From the IMG/VR virus record IMGVR_UViG_2529293223_000013: a stretch of DNA of 34,720 bases; one strand, written 5' to 3'. Within the stretch, counting starts at the first letter, position 1. Every line of letters starts with the position of its first letter. This document shows, piece by piece, positions 25,913 to 34,720 of this stretch. The position numbers and the translations under genes are program-made. Below the pieces are notes generated by a model. The model ran no database searches and was not told the origin of the DNA. It saw only the letters and a program-made list of their open reading frames with translations. The stretch is from a virus. Lineage: Duplodnaviria > Heunggongvirae > Uroviricota > Caudoviricetes.

Positions 25913-28118
25913 ATGAAATTAAAACTCAAAAACGTAACAAGCTATCATAAAGAATATTTTACTGAGTTAGATTTATCCAAAAAAATAAACATATTGTATG
26001 GACAAAATGGTTGTGGAAAATCTACCATATCAAATTATTTTTACAATCCTAAAGACACCGCCTATAAGGAATGTGTATGCGAACCCATCGATAATTATCG
26101 AACCCTAGTCTACAACTCAAAATATATAGAAGATAATTTTTATAATGCAAAAGAGCAAAAAGGTATATTTACCCTCAGTCAAAAAAATGCAGAAATTGAA
26201 AAAATACTATCTGAAAAAGAAGAGCTAAACAAATCACTAGCACATCAGCATAAAGAAAAAAAGAATTTATCGAAAAACTCCATGAAGCGAAAAACAAAAA
26301 AGAGCAAGAATGCATAAATTCCATATGGAATAAGACCAAAGACATAAGAAGTTCAGAATTAAAACAATTAATGAAAGGTCAAATAGGAAGCAAAGCCACT
26401 TTCTATTACCATCTAAAAAAGTATACTCCACAAACTGATATTGATATAAAATCATTAATACAATCTTATAGCAAACTTCTCGAGTTTAAAGGAAAAGAAA
26501 TACCTCTGATAACTCCTTATAAAGGATATGTTTTATCTGAAGAAACTCAAAAAACATTATCCACACCAATTATTGACTCTAGCAACAGCTATTTATCTGA
26601 AGCAATAAAAGAGCTACAAAATATTGATTGGATTAAACAAGGCAAAGAGCTATATTTAAATGGAGAAATTTGTCCATTTTGCCAAAGGGACACAATAGAT
26701 GATAATTTTATTAAAGCCATTGAATCTATCTTTGATGAAACATACTCAAGAAAAGTAGATCAAATACAACAAATAAAACTATCTTATGATAATGCCATTA
26801 AAAATCATCATGAAGAAATAAAGAGTAACATTTTATCATGTGAGGTGATAAACCAAGACGAAAAAGATAAAAGTCTTTCATATGTTAAGGCATTAGAAAC
26901 TATTGCAGAAAAAACATTAAACTATTGGATAATAAAATAGAGAATCCATCTATAAGCATTGTGCTGGAGTTTGAAAAGTCGATAGAGGAAAAACTATTAG
27001 AAGATATAGAACAATACAACAATAAAATTAACGAGTTCAATGACAAAGTAAAAAGATTTAATAATAGCGAAATAGATATTCGCGAAAAGATGTGGGCAGC
27101 AATCAGAGACTTATGTGGCGCGGAATTTGAAATACTATCAGACTGCGAAAGAAACTTTCAAGAAAAATATGAAAACGCTGCATCCTTCATGCAGGAAATA
27201 AAAAGAAAAGAAGAGATCAACACAAATGAAATCAATGAACTAAGAAATAAAACATCAAGTGTAGATGCAACAATAGATGCAATAAACTCACGACTTAAAT
27301 TTCTTGGCATCTCTGGTTTTAGCATTGATAAACACGCCGAACTCAAAGATAAGTATATAATATCCCGCGATGGAAACAATAGAAAACAAGATGTATATCG
27401 CTCATTAAGCGAAGGTGAAAAAACATTAATAACGTTTCTATATTTTTTAGAATGTTGCAAGGGTAAAACAAATGAAAATGATACTGATATGCGTGATAAA
27501 CTCATAGTCATAGATGATCCTATATCAAGTTTATCTCAAAACTATGTTTTCGACATAGCATCCATGATCCATCATGACATAATTGAAAAAGGCATTTCAT
27601 CAAAAATAATAATCCTCACCCATAATCTTTATTTCTTCCATGAGTTAATAAAACTCGCCTCTAAAAAAGGAATAAATTTTAAACGTGACTACTTTCTTGG
27701 CAGAATAAACAAAAATGAATTTAGCACCATTAGTGCTATAGATAAAAAAAGTGTGCAAAATGAATACCAATCCCTTTGGCAAGTATTAAAAGATGCAAAA
27801 GAGAAAAAAATCAACAAAATAATAATCCCCAATATTATGAGAAATATACTTGAGTATTACTTTGCATTTGTTCATAGAACTGACGCATTAGAGGCAAAGC
27901 TTACTGAATTAACAAATGATGAAAATAACAGCCATTTCCGTGCCTTTTACAGATATATAAACAGAGGCTCTCACTCCGACGCAATAAACATAACAGATAT
28001 GGGCGATATTGAACCTGAGAAATACTTAGAACTCTTGCACAAAATATTCAGAATGACTGGTGATGAGAAACATTACTTAACAATGATGGGTGAAGAAGAG
28101 GTAAATGTTACCGCTTAG
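25913..28118 (+). pseudogene. PrrC/RloC-like ABC-type ATPase with CxxC motif and C-terminal putative anticodon-nuclease domain; reading frame broken by two frameshifts
   Basis: Three consecutive ORFs (25913..26317, 26371..26940, 26925..28118) in frames 2, 1 and 0 form one gene of about 735 codons. It carries Walker A (GQNGCGKST), a coiled-coil region with CPFC, an ABC-signature-like LSEGEKTL, Walker B (LIVIDDPISS), an H-loop-like ILTHN, and a C-terminal R-x3-E...H arrangement (RNILE...H). A hand count on one 60-nt stretch gives about 22% G+C. RBS AGAGGG precedes the ATG. Frame changes fall in overlaps that contain A7 (26256..26262) and A6 (26909..26914) tracts. Confidence 0.6.
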
Positions 28119-28345
28119 GCCGCATATTACCGATTCGGGTAAGAACGACGGTGCTTACGCACCGTCTCCCAGCGCCCAAAGCGGTAGCGGTTGTACTGTC
28201 GTACATTCACTAACCTTAACATGAGATTATCTCCATGCTGGCACCATTGTTGCCAATGGCAGCCTTTATACCCTTTGTATAAAGCTAATACTAAGAGCAT
28301 TGCTAGGTAGATTTCCCAAGCGGTAACGTGGGTATTCTAAGACAA

Positions 28346-30634
28346 TTACTTAAAAAGATCAAAGCCACTAAAAAACTGCTTCCACTCACCACTTATTGGA
28401 TATATAAACTTTCGTCCGTCAAACTTTACCGTCGCGCCACGCGCCAGCGCCTCAAGCTCCCATCGCTGCGGCCTGATACCGTTCTGAGCGAGGTCAACGC
28501 GGATACGGGTAATTTGCATTCGTTCCGACCTAGTCAGTCTGGCCGATGGCGCTATCTCATGCGGTTTTAACGGGCTTCCGTTTCTTTGCTGACGATTTGG
28601 CGTTCTCAGGTCGTGTTTTAATGCGCCCCTTAGCGCCCTCACGACCTCCGGGTCATTCCATTCGATAACACCGTCATCTACCAGATTAAGCACTGCTGCG
28701 GCGTGTTCAGAAGGCGTGGGAGCCAGTAACGAAGTATCACTGCTGGCAGGCTTTCCACAGTTATTGACAGGACTCCGAGGCGCGGCGATGCCGCTTTTTA
28801 AAGTCAAAGGCTCAACGACCGGAACTTTCGGCACAATGCGCCAGTCCGTCGTTCTGGTGATATGAATATGACGCGCGCCGAGATGCGGCGCGTAAATGCC
28901 GACCACTCTCTCGACTTCTTCCTCGTACTCGTTAACGTCATCCGACGGGCTACGGGCGACCCTGACAGTCTGACAATCGCGCGGGACATTTGCCCCGCCC
29001 TGCGCGCTGATATACAACGCAAAATCACCACTGTCTGCAGCGGCGCGTGCAGCCTCGACGCGCTCGTCAAACTCATCAGCAATGCTGACGCCGCGAGGCA
29101 ATTTGCGTAGTTCACGGTAAGCCCCCATTGTCGGCAGACCAACCGTTTTAAATTGCGGAATGCGCCACGTTGACGCCCATGCGGTAACAGCCGCAGCAGT
29201 ATCTTTCAGCGGCCTGCCGGTATCGTTATCGAGCTGACCATCCAGTGCATAGCCGTCGATGTTTTTTGAGATGTATTTCGCGATATACCCCGCAGCACCG
29301 CCCCGATTAAGGTGTTTTGCCTGAAAACGGTTTCGCGCGGCTCCTCTTTCGTCGCCATCCTCTTTGAGCGCATAGCGACGCATGATTTCGATAATCTGGT
29401 TACGCTGGCGCGGATTACAAAAAAGCATCATATGCCAGTGCGGCGTTCCGTCGTGGTGTGGCTCGACGACACGCAAACCGTAGACCTGTAAATCATTATC
29501 CTTGAATGCCGTGCGCATCAGGCTCCAGATATGGCAGAGATAACGCTGCGCATCCTTTGGATTAAATGCCTCATCGTTCCAGCCGTGATTTAGCTGGACA
29601 GTTTTACTTTCGCCTTTTCCGACCTGACGTGTCGGGTGATACTTTGACGGCGCGGTCAGCGTGATAAACATCCCCACATCACCCTCTGCTGCGGCGTAAC
29701 GCTCAATACCGGCAATGGTGTTCATCAGCTCCATCCGGCGAATTTCAGGATTAGAAATACTGCCCATCACCTTACTGATAAGGTCGATGCGCTCGCCGGT
29801 TTCCCTGTTTTCAAGGTCACACGATTTAAGAAATTCCAGATTTGCCTGGCGGCGCGCACGCACATCACGAATGGCATGTTTACTGGCATAAGGAGAACGG
29901 TCTTTATTGACCTCCCCGACAGCAATCAGTAACGCCTCATGCCAGCGCATACGCTGGCCTTTAAGCTGATGAATCCACCACTCATCGTTAAACAGGCGGG
30001 CAATGGCAGAATATGCCTGCCTCGTGGTCATCTGTCCTTTACGGTATTCTTTCCAGTAGAGCGGGGAAATATTGAAAGCACGTGCAGCGCCAGCAACATG
30101 ACCATACAGGTGAGCCTGCGCCTCATCCGTAAACAGCGATTCTTTTTCGCCATGGGCATCCACCCAGGCATCGCAGAGTTCCTCATACATCATGAAAAGC
30201 TGCGATGAGATACGGGCGGCAAATTTTTTCAGCTCCTTGTCATTCATTCCCGGCAGGCGCGCATAGTGGTCACGCTCTGCCAGAAACAGTAACGACGCGT
30301 CGGTGTTCATTTCATGGCGCTGATTCACGCGCTCAATGCGCGGCCATAAACGACGCTGAAAAGTGGATGTGAGGAAATAAAACCCGTGCACCGGGCTTTT
30401 ATTGCGCCGGATGTAGTCATAGCGTGAAGTAAACAGCGAGCGCAAAAAGTAAGGCAGGCGGTTAATCGTGGATAAAACACCTTGCACCTGACGCATCTCG
30501 TCACGTGTAAGGGGTCTTTCGCGCCCGACAGCCTCGCGTGGCGCGTTCCATGCATAAGCACCGGTAAACGCCTTACCGGTGCCTGCGGCAAATGCTGACG
30601 GAGGGACAAAACGCCCGGAGGCTTTAACGGCCAT
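28346..30634 (-). CDS. A: Replication initiation protein (P2 gpA, rolling-circle nickase)
   Basis: ORF 28346..30676 (776 aa). From the internal Met (MAVKASGRFVPPSAFAAGTG...) it is about 762 aa, close to P2 gpA at 761. Start codon choice is uncertain. Confidence 0.85.
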   Translation of the reverse strand: MAVKASGRFVPPSAFAAGTGKAFTGAYAWNAPREAVGRERPLTRDEMRQVQGVLSTINRLPYFLRSLFTSRYDYIRRNKSPVHGFYFLTSTFQRRLWPRIERVNQRHEMNTDASLLFLAERDHYARLPGMNDKELKKFAARISSQLFMMYEELCDAWVDAHGEKESLFTDEAQAHLYGHVAGAARAFNISPLYWKEYRKGQMTTRQAYSAIARLFNDEWWIHQLKGQRMRWHEALLIAVGEVNKDRSPYASKHAIRDVRARRQANLEFLKSCDLENRETGERIDLISKVMGSISNPEIRRMELMNTIAGIERYAAAEGDVGMFITLTAPSKYHPTRQVGKGESKTVQLNHGWNDEAFNPKDAQRYLCHIWSLMRTAFKDNDLQVYGLRVVEPHHDGTPHWHMMLFCNPRQRNQIIEIMRRYALKEDGDERGAARNRFQAKHLNRGGAAGYIAKYISKNIDGYALDGQLDNDTGRPLKDTAAAVTAWASTWRIPQFKTVGLPTMGAYRELRKLPRGVSIADEFDERVEAARAAADSGDFALYISAQGGANVPRDCQTVRVARSPSDDVNEYEEEVERVVGIYAPHLGARHIHITRTTDWRIVPKVPVVEPLTLKSGIAAPRSPVNNCGKPASSDTSLLAPTPSEHAAAVLNLVDDGVIEWNDPEVVRALRGALKHDLRTPNRQQRNGSPLKPHEIAPSARLTRSERMQITRIRVDLAQNGIRPQRWELEALARGATVKFDGRKFIYPISGEWKQFFSGFDLFK

Positions 30635-30899
30635 ATGAGCCAAAAGCCTCTGAACAACGCTTGCTGAGTTGCTCAACCTGCGCGTTTAAATCAGCAAAAG
30701 ACTTTGCGCTTCCGGTCAGAATATCGTGATGCATCAGGCCGGAAACGAGCTGGCTTAATTTCGGGTAATAACCAACCACCGCCAGCCATTCCTGACCGGC
30801 GTTTTTACCGCTTTCCGCTCTCTTTTTCTCGTGGAGAATAAACTGAAAGCTGTCACTGGTAACGACATAACGTTCGCCAATTTCGATACGAATACTCAT
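30624..30899 (-). CDS. Hypothetical early protein (P2 orf83 position)
   Basis: 91-aa ORF between the TraR-like gene and A, at the position of the small early-operon orfs of P2. No function assigned. Confidence 0.55.
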   Translation of the reverse strand: MSIRIEIGERYVVTSDSFQFILHEKKRAESGKNAGQEWLAVVGYYPKLSQLVSGLMHHDILTGSAKSFADLNAQVEQLSKRCSEAFGSYGR

Positions 30900-31120
30900 G
30901 CCATTCTCCGGTAATGTTTGTTTTTTGCTTCAAAGACTGACTGACAGGAAACACAACGCGTGGCTGACGGATAAGCCGCACGACGGGCAGCAGGTATTGG
31001 CGCGTCACACTCTTCGCAAACCAGCGCAGAAGCACCGCAATGTTTTACCCTTGCCGCGTTAATCTGGCGCTCCAGTAATTCAGCCTGTTGTTCCTGAATA
31101 AAATCTACGTTGTCCGGCAT
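30896..31120 (-). CDS. TraR/DksA-family C4 zinc-finger protein (P2 orf82 position)
   Basis: 74-aa ORF with two CxxC pairs (CEECDAP...CVSCQ) characteristic of TraR/DksA-type zinc fingers, common in P2-like early operons. Confidence 0.65.
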   Translation of the reverse strand: MPDNVDFIQEQQAELLERQINAARVKHCGASALVCEECDAPIPAARRAAYPSATRCVSCQSVFEAKNKHYRRMA

Positions 31121-31425
31121 TACCAGCTCCTTTTATCGTTAAGTTTCCTGGATACATCAGCGCAATAACTGGCGAGTTCTGTCGTTAATTTTGTCAGTTC
31201 ATCCACTGAGGAAATTTGCTTGTGGAACACAGCGCGTTTAACAAGTAAATTGACCACATCAGACAGGAGGTTTAATTCATTCTGATAAATCGCGATAACA
31301 GATTCAGTTATGTCGCGTTTTTCTTTATCAAGACAAAGTTGAATAAGAGACAAATCGCCATTTTTCATAACGGCGATTTTTAAGGCGTTATTCAGTAATA
31401 CAACTGAATGAGAACAGGACATCAA
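31120..31425 (-). CDS. Hypothetical early protein (P2 orf81 position)
   Basis: 101-aa ORF whose stop overlaps the downstream start, within the B-A operon. Confidence 0.55.
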   Translation of the reverse strand: MMSCSHSVVLLNNALKIAVMKNGDLSLIQLCLDKEKRDITESVIAIYQNELNLLSDVVNLLVKRAVFHKQISSVDELTKLTTELASYCADVSRKLNDKRSW

Positions 31426-31679
31426 AGCACCTCCCCGCGAGACAATCCGATATTGTGAAATTTTTCCGACTCCTGACTGAGCAGCTCGACTATCTCCACG
31501 CGGGATAACTCCGCCTTTGTGATATGGCGAATCATGGCGTCAAGATGAGAAGAAAAGCGCGTCGCAGCATCAGCCTGTGCTTCGGTTCTGGCCTGTTGCA
31601 GCAGTAATGCGTATTTACCGCACTGATTTTCAGAAACTGTATGCATGACTTTCTCCAGGCAAAAAGAAGCCCCGCACAA
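31422..31679 (-). CDS. Hypothetical early protein (P2 orf80 position)
   Basis: 85-aa ORF with translational coupling to the downstream ORF, within the early operon. Confidence 0.55.
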   Translation of the reverse strand: MCGASFCLEKVMHTVSENQCGKYALLLQQARTEAQADAATRFSSHLDAMIRHITKAELSRVEIVELLSQESEKFHNIGLSRGEVL

Positions 31680-31709
31680 TTAAGTGCGTTAAAAACTCTG
31701 GTTAATTAC

Positions 31710-32210
31710 TTAATGCAGATATTGCTCTGGTTTTACCGACGTCAGAATTGTCGGTGCATACTCAAACAGGCTGAATAATTCACGTAATGCACGGAATAAA
31801 GCATCACGCCAGTAACATGATTCTTCATTAATGCGCCAGTACGGCTGATTGAATTCTTTTTCTGTCAATCCCGCATGCATAAATAAAGTACGACGCTGAC
31901 TGACTGTTAAAAAACTAATATATGCATACTCACTTGCACCGACCTGACGGCGTTTTGAGAATGCCCCGCGCAGTTCATCAATTGCACAAACCAGCCGTTC
32001 ACGTTCGACGTCGTTCATTTCTTCAAAACGCATCGTTGCGTGACGTTGTTTTAACTGCGCATGAAAGCAAACCGTTAACCGTTCGCGTTCCATCATCTGA
32101 TTATAATAATCGCATGTCTCCTGCCAGCGAGGGACGGCCAGATGCTTACCAATTATCCGGCGCATAGTTGTTGGCTGTTTTTCAACGAGATTGAGCGTCA
32201 TCACTGTCAT
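31710..32210 (-). CDS. B: Replication protein B (helicase-loader-like, P2 gpB)
   Basis: ORF 31710..32216 (168 aa). From the third-codon Met it is 166 aa, matching P2 gpB, in the cox-B-A early operon. Confidence 0.75.
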   Translation of the reverse strand: MTVMTLNLVEKQPTTMRRIIGKHLAVPRWQETCDYYNQMMERERLTVCFHAQLKQRHATMRFEEMNDVERERLVCAIDELRGAFSKRRQVGASEYAYISFLTVSQRRTLFMHAGLTEKEFNQPYWRINEESCYWRDALFRALRELFSLFEYAPTILTSVKPEQYLH

Positions 32211-32386
32211 TTCCATACCCTCCGGCTTTTCAGAAAGGTCAGAACCTTTTTTAACGGACTCTGTTTTTTGGTGCGGATAATGATTCCCTTACGCCCTTAC
32301 CGTGGGTGATGTTGAAGTCAATCGCCCTGGGGCTTTCGTTACGCAATAACTGAGCAATACAACGAGGCTCATTCATACGGTTCTCC

Positions 32387-32662
32387 TTAACGTGGTTCAC
32401 CAAGACCTAACCACATCAACCAGCCGTCACGAATCTCTTTAGGGCGGCTTTCATAAGCCAGTTTTAGTCCGTTATTCCATGCCGGAAGATATACCCAATA
32501 TTCACCTGCACGACCTGAAGCTGATTGTGGATCGGTCATATCAATTACAGGCAGCTTTCCTTTATCGATCATCCGACGAACCGCTCCTGTCGATTTTCCT
32601 ATTAGTTTTGCGAACTCCTGATAAGGAATCGCATCAGTCATGAGTGTTACTTGCTTGCTCAT
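32387..32662 (-). CDS. cox: Cox (excisionase / repressor of Pc)
   Basis: 91-aa ORF MSKQVTLMTDAIPYQEFAKLIGKSTGAVRRMIDKGKLPVID..., the P2 Cox size with an HTH, divergent from C. Confidence 0.85.
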   Translation of the reverse strand: MSKQVTLMTDAIPYQEFAKLIGKSTGAVRRMIDKGKLPVIDMTDPQSASGRAGEYWVYLPAWNNGLKLAYESRPKEIRDGWLMWLGLGEPR

Positions 32663-32776
32663 GTCGTCCTCCAGCCCTCATGAATTGCGTTTAATGCCTT
32701 ATAATGCCTTTTAGTGCCCACATCCAAGCACTAAACAATCTACATCTAAACCAAATACTATTGAGATCTAAACACC
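32663..32776. promoter_or_regulatory. Pe/Pc divergent promoter and operator region of the P2 immunity switch
   Basis: Two 8-bp direct repeats ATCTAAAC at 32744..32751 and 32766..32773, 22 bp centre to centre, flank a -10-like TAGTAT on the cox strand, consistent with the C-repressor direct-repeat operator over Pe. A perfect TATAAT at 32700..32705 on the plus strand is a candidate Pc -10. Confidence 0.55.
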
Positions 32777-33076
32777 ATGTCAAACACGATAAGCGAGAAG
32801 ATAGTCTTAATGCGAAAATCAGAGTATTTGAGCAGACAACAACTTGCTGATTTAACAGGGGTTCCGTATGGCACGCTGAGTTACTATGAAAGTGGTCGTT
32901 CAACACCTCCAACAGATGTCATGATGAACATCCTGCAGACCCCACAATTCACCAAATACACTTTATGGTTCATGACAAATCAGATCGCTCCTGAGTCCGG
33001 GCAAATTGCGCCCGCTCTCGCACACTTTGGGCAAAACGAAACAACGTCGCCCCACTCCGGTCAAAAGACTGGTTAA
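32777..33076 (+). CDS. C: Immunity repressor C
   Basis: 99-aa ORF MSNTISEKIVLMRKSEYLSRQQLADLTGVPYGTLSYYESGRS..., the P2 C size with an HTH, upstream of int. Confidence 0.85.
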   Translation: MSNTISEKIVLMRKSEYLSRQQLADLTGVPYGTLSYYESGRSTPPTDVMMNILQTPQFTKYTLWFMTNQIAPESGQIAPALAHFGQNETTSPHSGQKTG

Positions 33077-33191
33077 CAATTCATCGTGAATATATTCATC
33101 ACAAGTGCCTACTATTGGTGGCTAAATTTCAGCCACCACGAAAAAAACGATTAGTAGTCGCAAAAAAACACACCACTCGGAGGGTTTTCTG

Positions 33192-34205
33192 ATGGCAATC
33201 AAAAAACTCGATGATGGTCGATATGAAGTGGACATCCGCCCTACTGGACGTAATGGAAAACGCATCCGTAGGAAGTTTGATAAGAAAAGCGAAGCTGTCG
33301 CTTTCGAGAAATACACGTTGTACAACCACCACAATAAAGAATGGCTATCAAAACCAACAGACAAGCGACGTCTGTCGGAGCTGACACAGATCTGGTGGGA
33401 TTTAAAGGGTAAACACGAAGAGCATGGGAAATCTAATCTTGGAAAAATTGAAATCTTCACAAAAATAACGAATGACCCATGCGCATTTCAAATTACGAAA
33501 TCGCTTATCAGCCAATACTGCGCCACCCGAAGAAGTCAGGGTATTAAACCTTCGAGTATCAATCGTGATTTAACATGTATTAGCGGCATGTTTACAGCCC
33601 TGATTGAAGCGGAGTTATACTTTGGTGAGCACCCTATCAGAGGGACAAAAAGGCTTAAGGAGGAAAAACCAAACACAGGCTATCTCACGCAGGAAGAAAT
33701 TGCCTTACTGCTCGCAGCTCTTGACGGCGACAACAAAAAGATTGCGATTCTTTGCCTGAGTACTGGAGCACGTTGGGGAGAAGCAGCTCGTTTGAAAGCA
33801 GAAAATATCATTCATAACCGCGTCACGTTTGTTAAAACGAAAACAAACAAACCACGCACCGTCCCGATCTCAGAGGCTGTTGCCAAAATGATCGCGGATA
33901 ACAAACGAGGTTTTTTATTCCCTGATGCTGATTACCCTCGCTTCAGACGAACAATGAAAGCAATAAAACCGGATTTGCCAATGGGGCAAGCCACACATGC
34001 ACTAAGGCACAGCTTTGCCACTCATTTCATGATTAATGGAGGAAGTATTATCACGCTACAACGGATACTAGGTCACACGCGGATTGAGCAAACTATGGTT
34101 TACGCTCATTTTGCGCCAGAGTACCTTCAGGACGCCATTTCTCTTAATCCGCTGAGAGGTGGTACTGAGGCCGAGAGTGTCCACACAGTGTCCACAGTAG
34201 AGTAA
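33192..34205 (+). CDS. int: Tyrosine integrase (P2 Int)
   Basis: 337-aa ORF, the P2 Int size. C-terminal catalytic residues of tyrosine recombinases are present (R...HALRHSFAT...LGHTRIEQTMVYAH). Confidence 0.9.
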   Translation: MAIKKLDDGRYEVDIRPTGRNGKRIRRKFDKKSEAVAFEKYTLYNHHNKEWLSKPTDKRRLSELTQIWWDLKGKHEEHGKSNLGKIEIFTKITNDPCAFQITKSLISQYCATRRSQGIKPSSINRDLTCISGMFTALIEAELYFGEHPIRGTKRLKEEKPNTGYLTQEEIALLLAALDGDNKKIAILCLSTGARWGEAARLKAENIIHNRVTFVKTKTNKPRTVPISEAVAKMIADNKRGFLFPDADYPRFRRTMKAIKPDLPMGQATHALRHSFATHFMINGGSIITLQRILGHTRIEQTMVYAHFAPEYLQDAISLNPLRGGTEAESVHTVSTVE

Positions 34206-34285
34206 CGTTTAAGGGCTTTCAGTGGTCATTTATGCCGCTCAAACCCGCATTGTACCGTTGAAAGCCCCTACTGATGACACCCTAA

Positions 34286-34720
34286 ATCTCCCTGCCGATG
34301 GCGTTTAACGACTTACGCATCGCCCCATTTACTGCGGCGGTGGTCACCATCATGATCAACTCCGGCGCGTACATTGCGGAAATCACGCGTGGTGCGGTGC
34401 TGTCTATCCACAAAGGTTTTCGTGAAGCAGGACTGGCGCTCGGTCTTTCACGTTGGGAAACCATTCGCTACGTCATTTTACCGCTGGCACTGCGTCGTAT
34501 GCTGCCGCCGCTGGGTAACCAGTGGATCATCAGCATTAAAGACACCTCGCTGTTTATTGTTATCGGCGTGGCGGAACTGACCCGTCAGGGGCAAGAAATT
34601 ATTGCCGGTAACTTCCGCGCCCTTGAGATCTGGAGCGCCGTGGCGGTGTTCTATCTGATTATTACCCTGGTGCTGAGCTTTATTCTGCGTCGTCTGGAAA
34701 GAAGGATGAAAATCCTGTGA
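34286..34720 (+). CDS. Host amino-acid ABC transporter permease, 3' portion (truncated at the prophage junction)
   Basis: Frame opens at 34286 just past the end of phage-like sequence and runs to a stop at 34718..34720. It encodes the hydrophobic C-terminal part of a polar-amino-acid ABC permease (HisM/ArtM/YecS-like) including the EAA-like loop region (...[16 protein letters not shown]...). No N-terminal part is present upstream. Confidence 0.6.
   Translation: MSLPMAFNDLRIAPFTAAVVTIMINSGAYIAEITRGAVLSIHKGFREAGLALGLSRWETIRYVILPLALRRMLPPLGNQWIISIKDTSLFIVIGVAELTRQGQEIIAGNFRALEIWSAVAVFYLIITLVLSFILRRLERRMKIL

Noticed and set aside
28147-28166. Perfect 8-bp stem hairpin (GACGGTGC-TTAC-GCACCGTC) between the RloC-like gene and the end of A
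   Set aside because: No U-tract follows on either strand, so it is not a convincing intrinsic terminator; it may be an RNA processing site or coincidental.
28328-28570. 80-aa plus-strand ORF overlapping the 3' end of gene A
   Set aside because: Antisense overlap with the strongly supported A gene; P2 has no known gene here on this strand.

Overview
The window is almost entirely one P2-type temperate phage prophage (Enterobacteria phage P2 family), running from ogr at the left edge to the integrase and a probable attL junction with a truncated host ABC-permease gene at the right edge. Gene order, sizes and several sequences match P2 as I recall it: ogr-D-U-T-E/E'-FII-FI on the minus strand, then G-H-I-J-W-V-S-R-lysCBA-K-Y-X-L-M-N-O (minus), P-Q (plus), cos, A-orf83/82/81/80-B-cox (minus), C-int (plus). 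All identifications are from memory of P2 protein sequences and sizes; no search was run. Superimposed on this backbone are four accessory events. (1) An AT-rich cargo gene for an unrecognised 472-aa protein sits in the FI-G gap where P2 carries Z/fun. (2) A 1153-bp IS630-type element flanked by a TA duplication lies 47 bp upstream of that gene. (3) An IS4-family (IS10-like) element with a 9-10 bp target duplication interrupts tail-fibre gene H, so the prophage is probably tail-defective. (4) In the old/tin position next to cos there is a very AT-rich gene of about 735 codons for an ABC-type ATPase with a CxxC motif and a C-terminal domain that resembles PrrC/RloC anticodon nucleases, broken by two frameshifts in poly-A tracts. 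The two cargo loci are the best candidates for undescribed or poorly described anti-phage functions.
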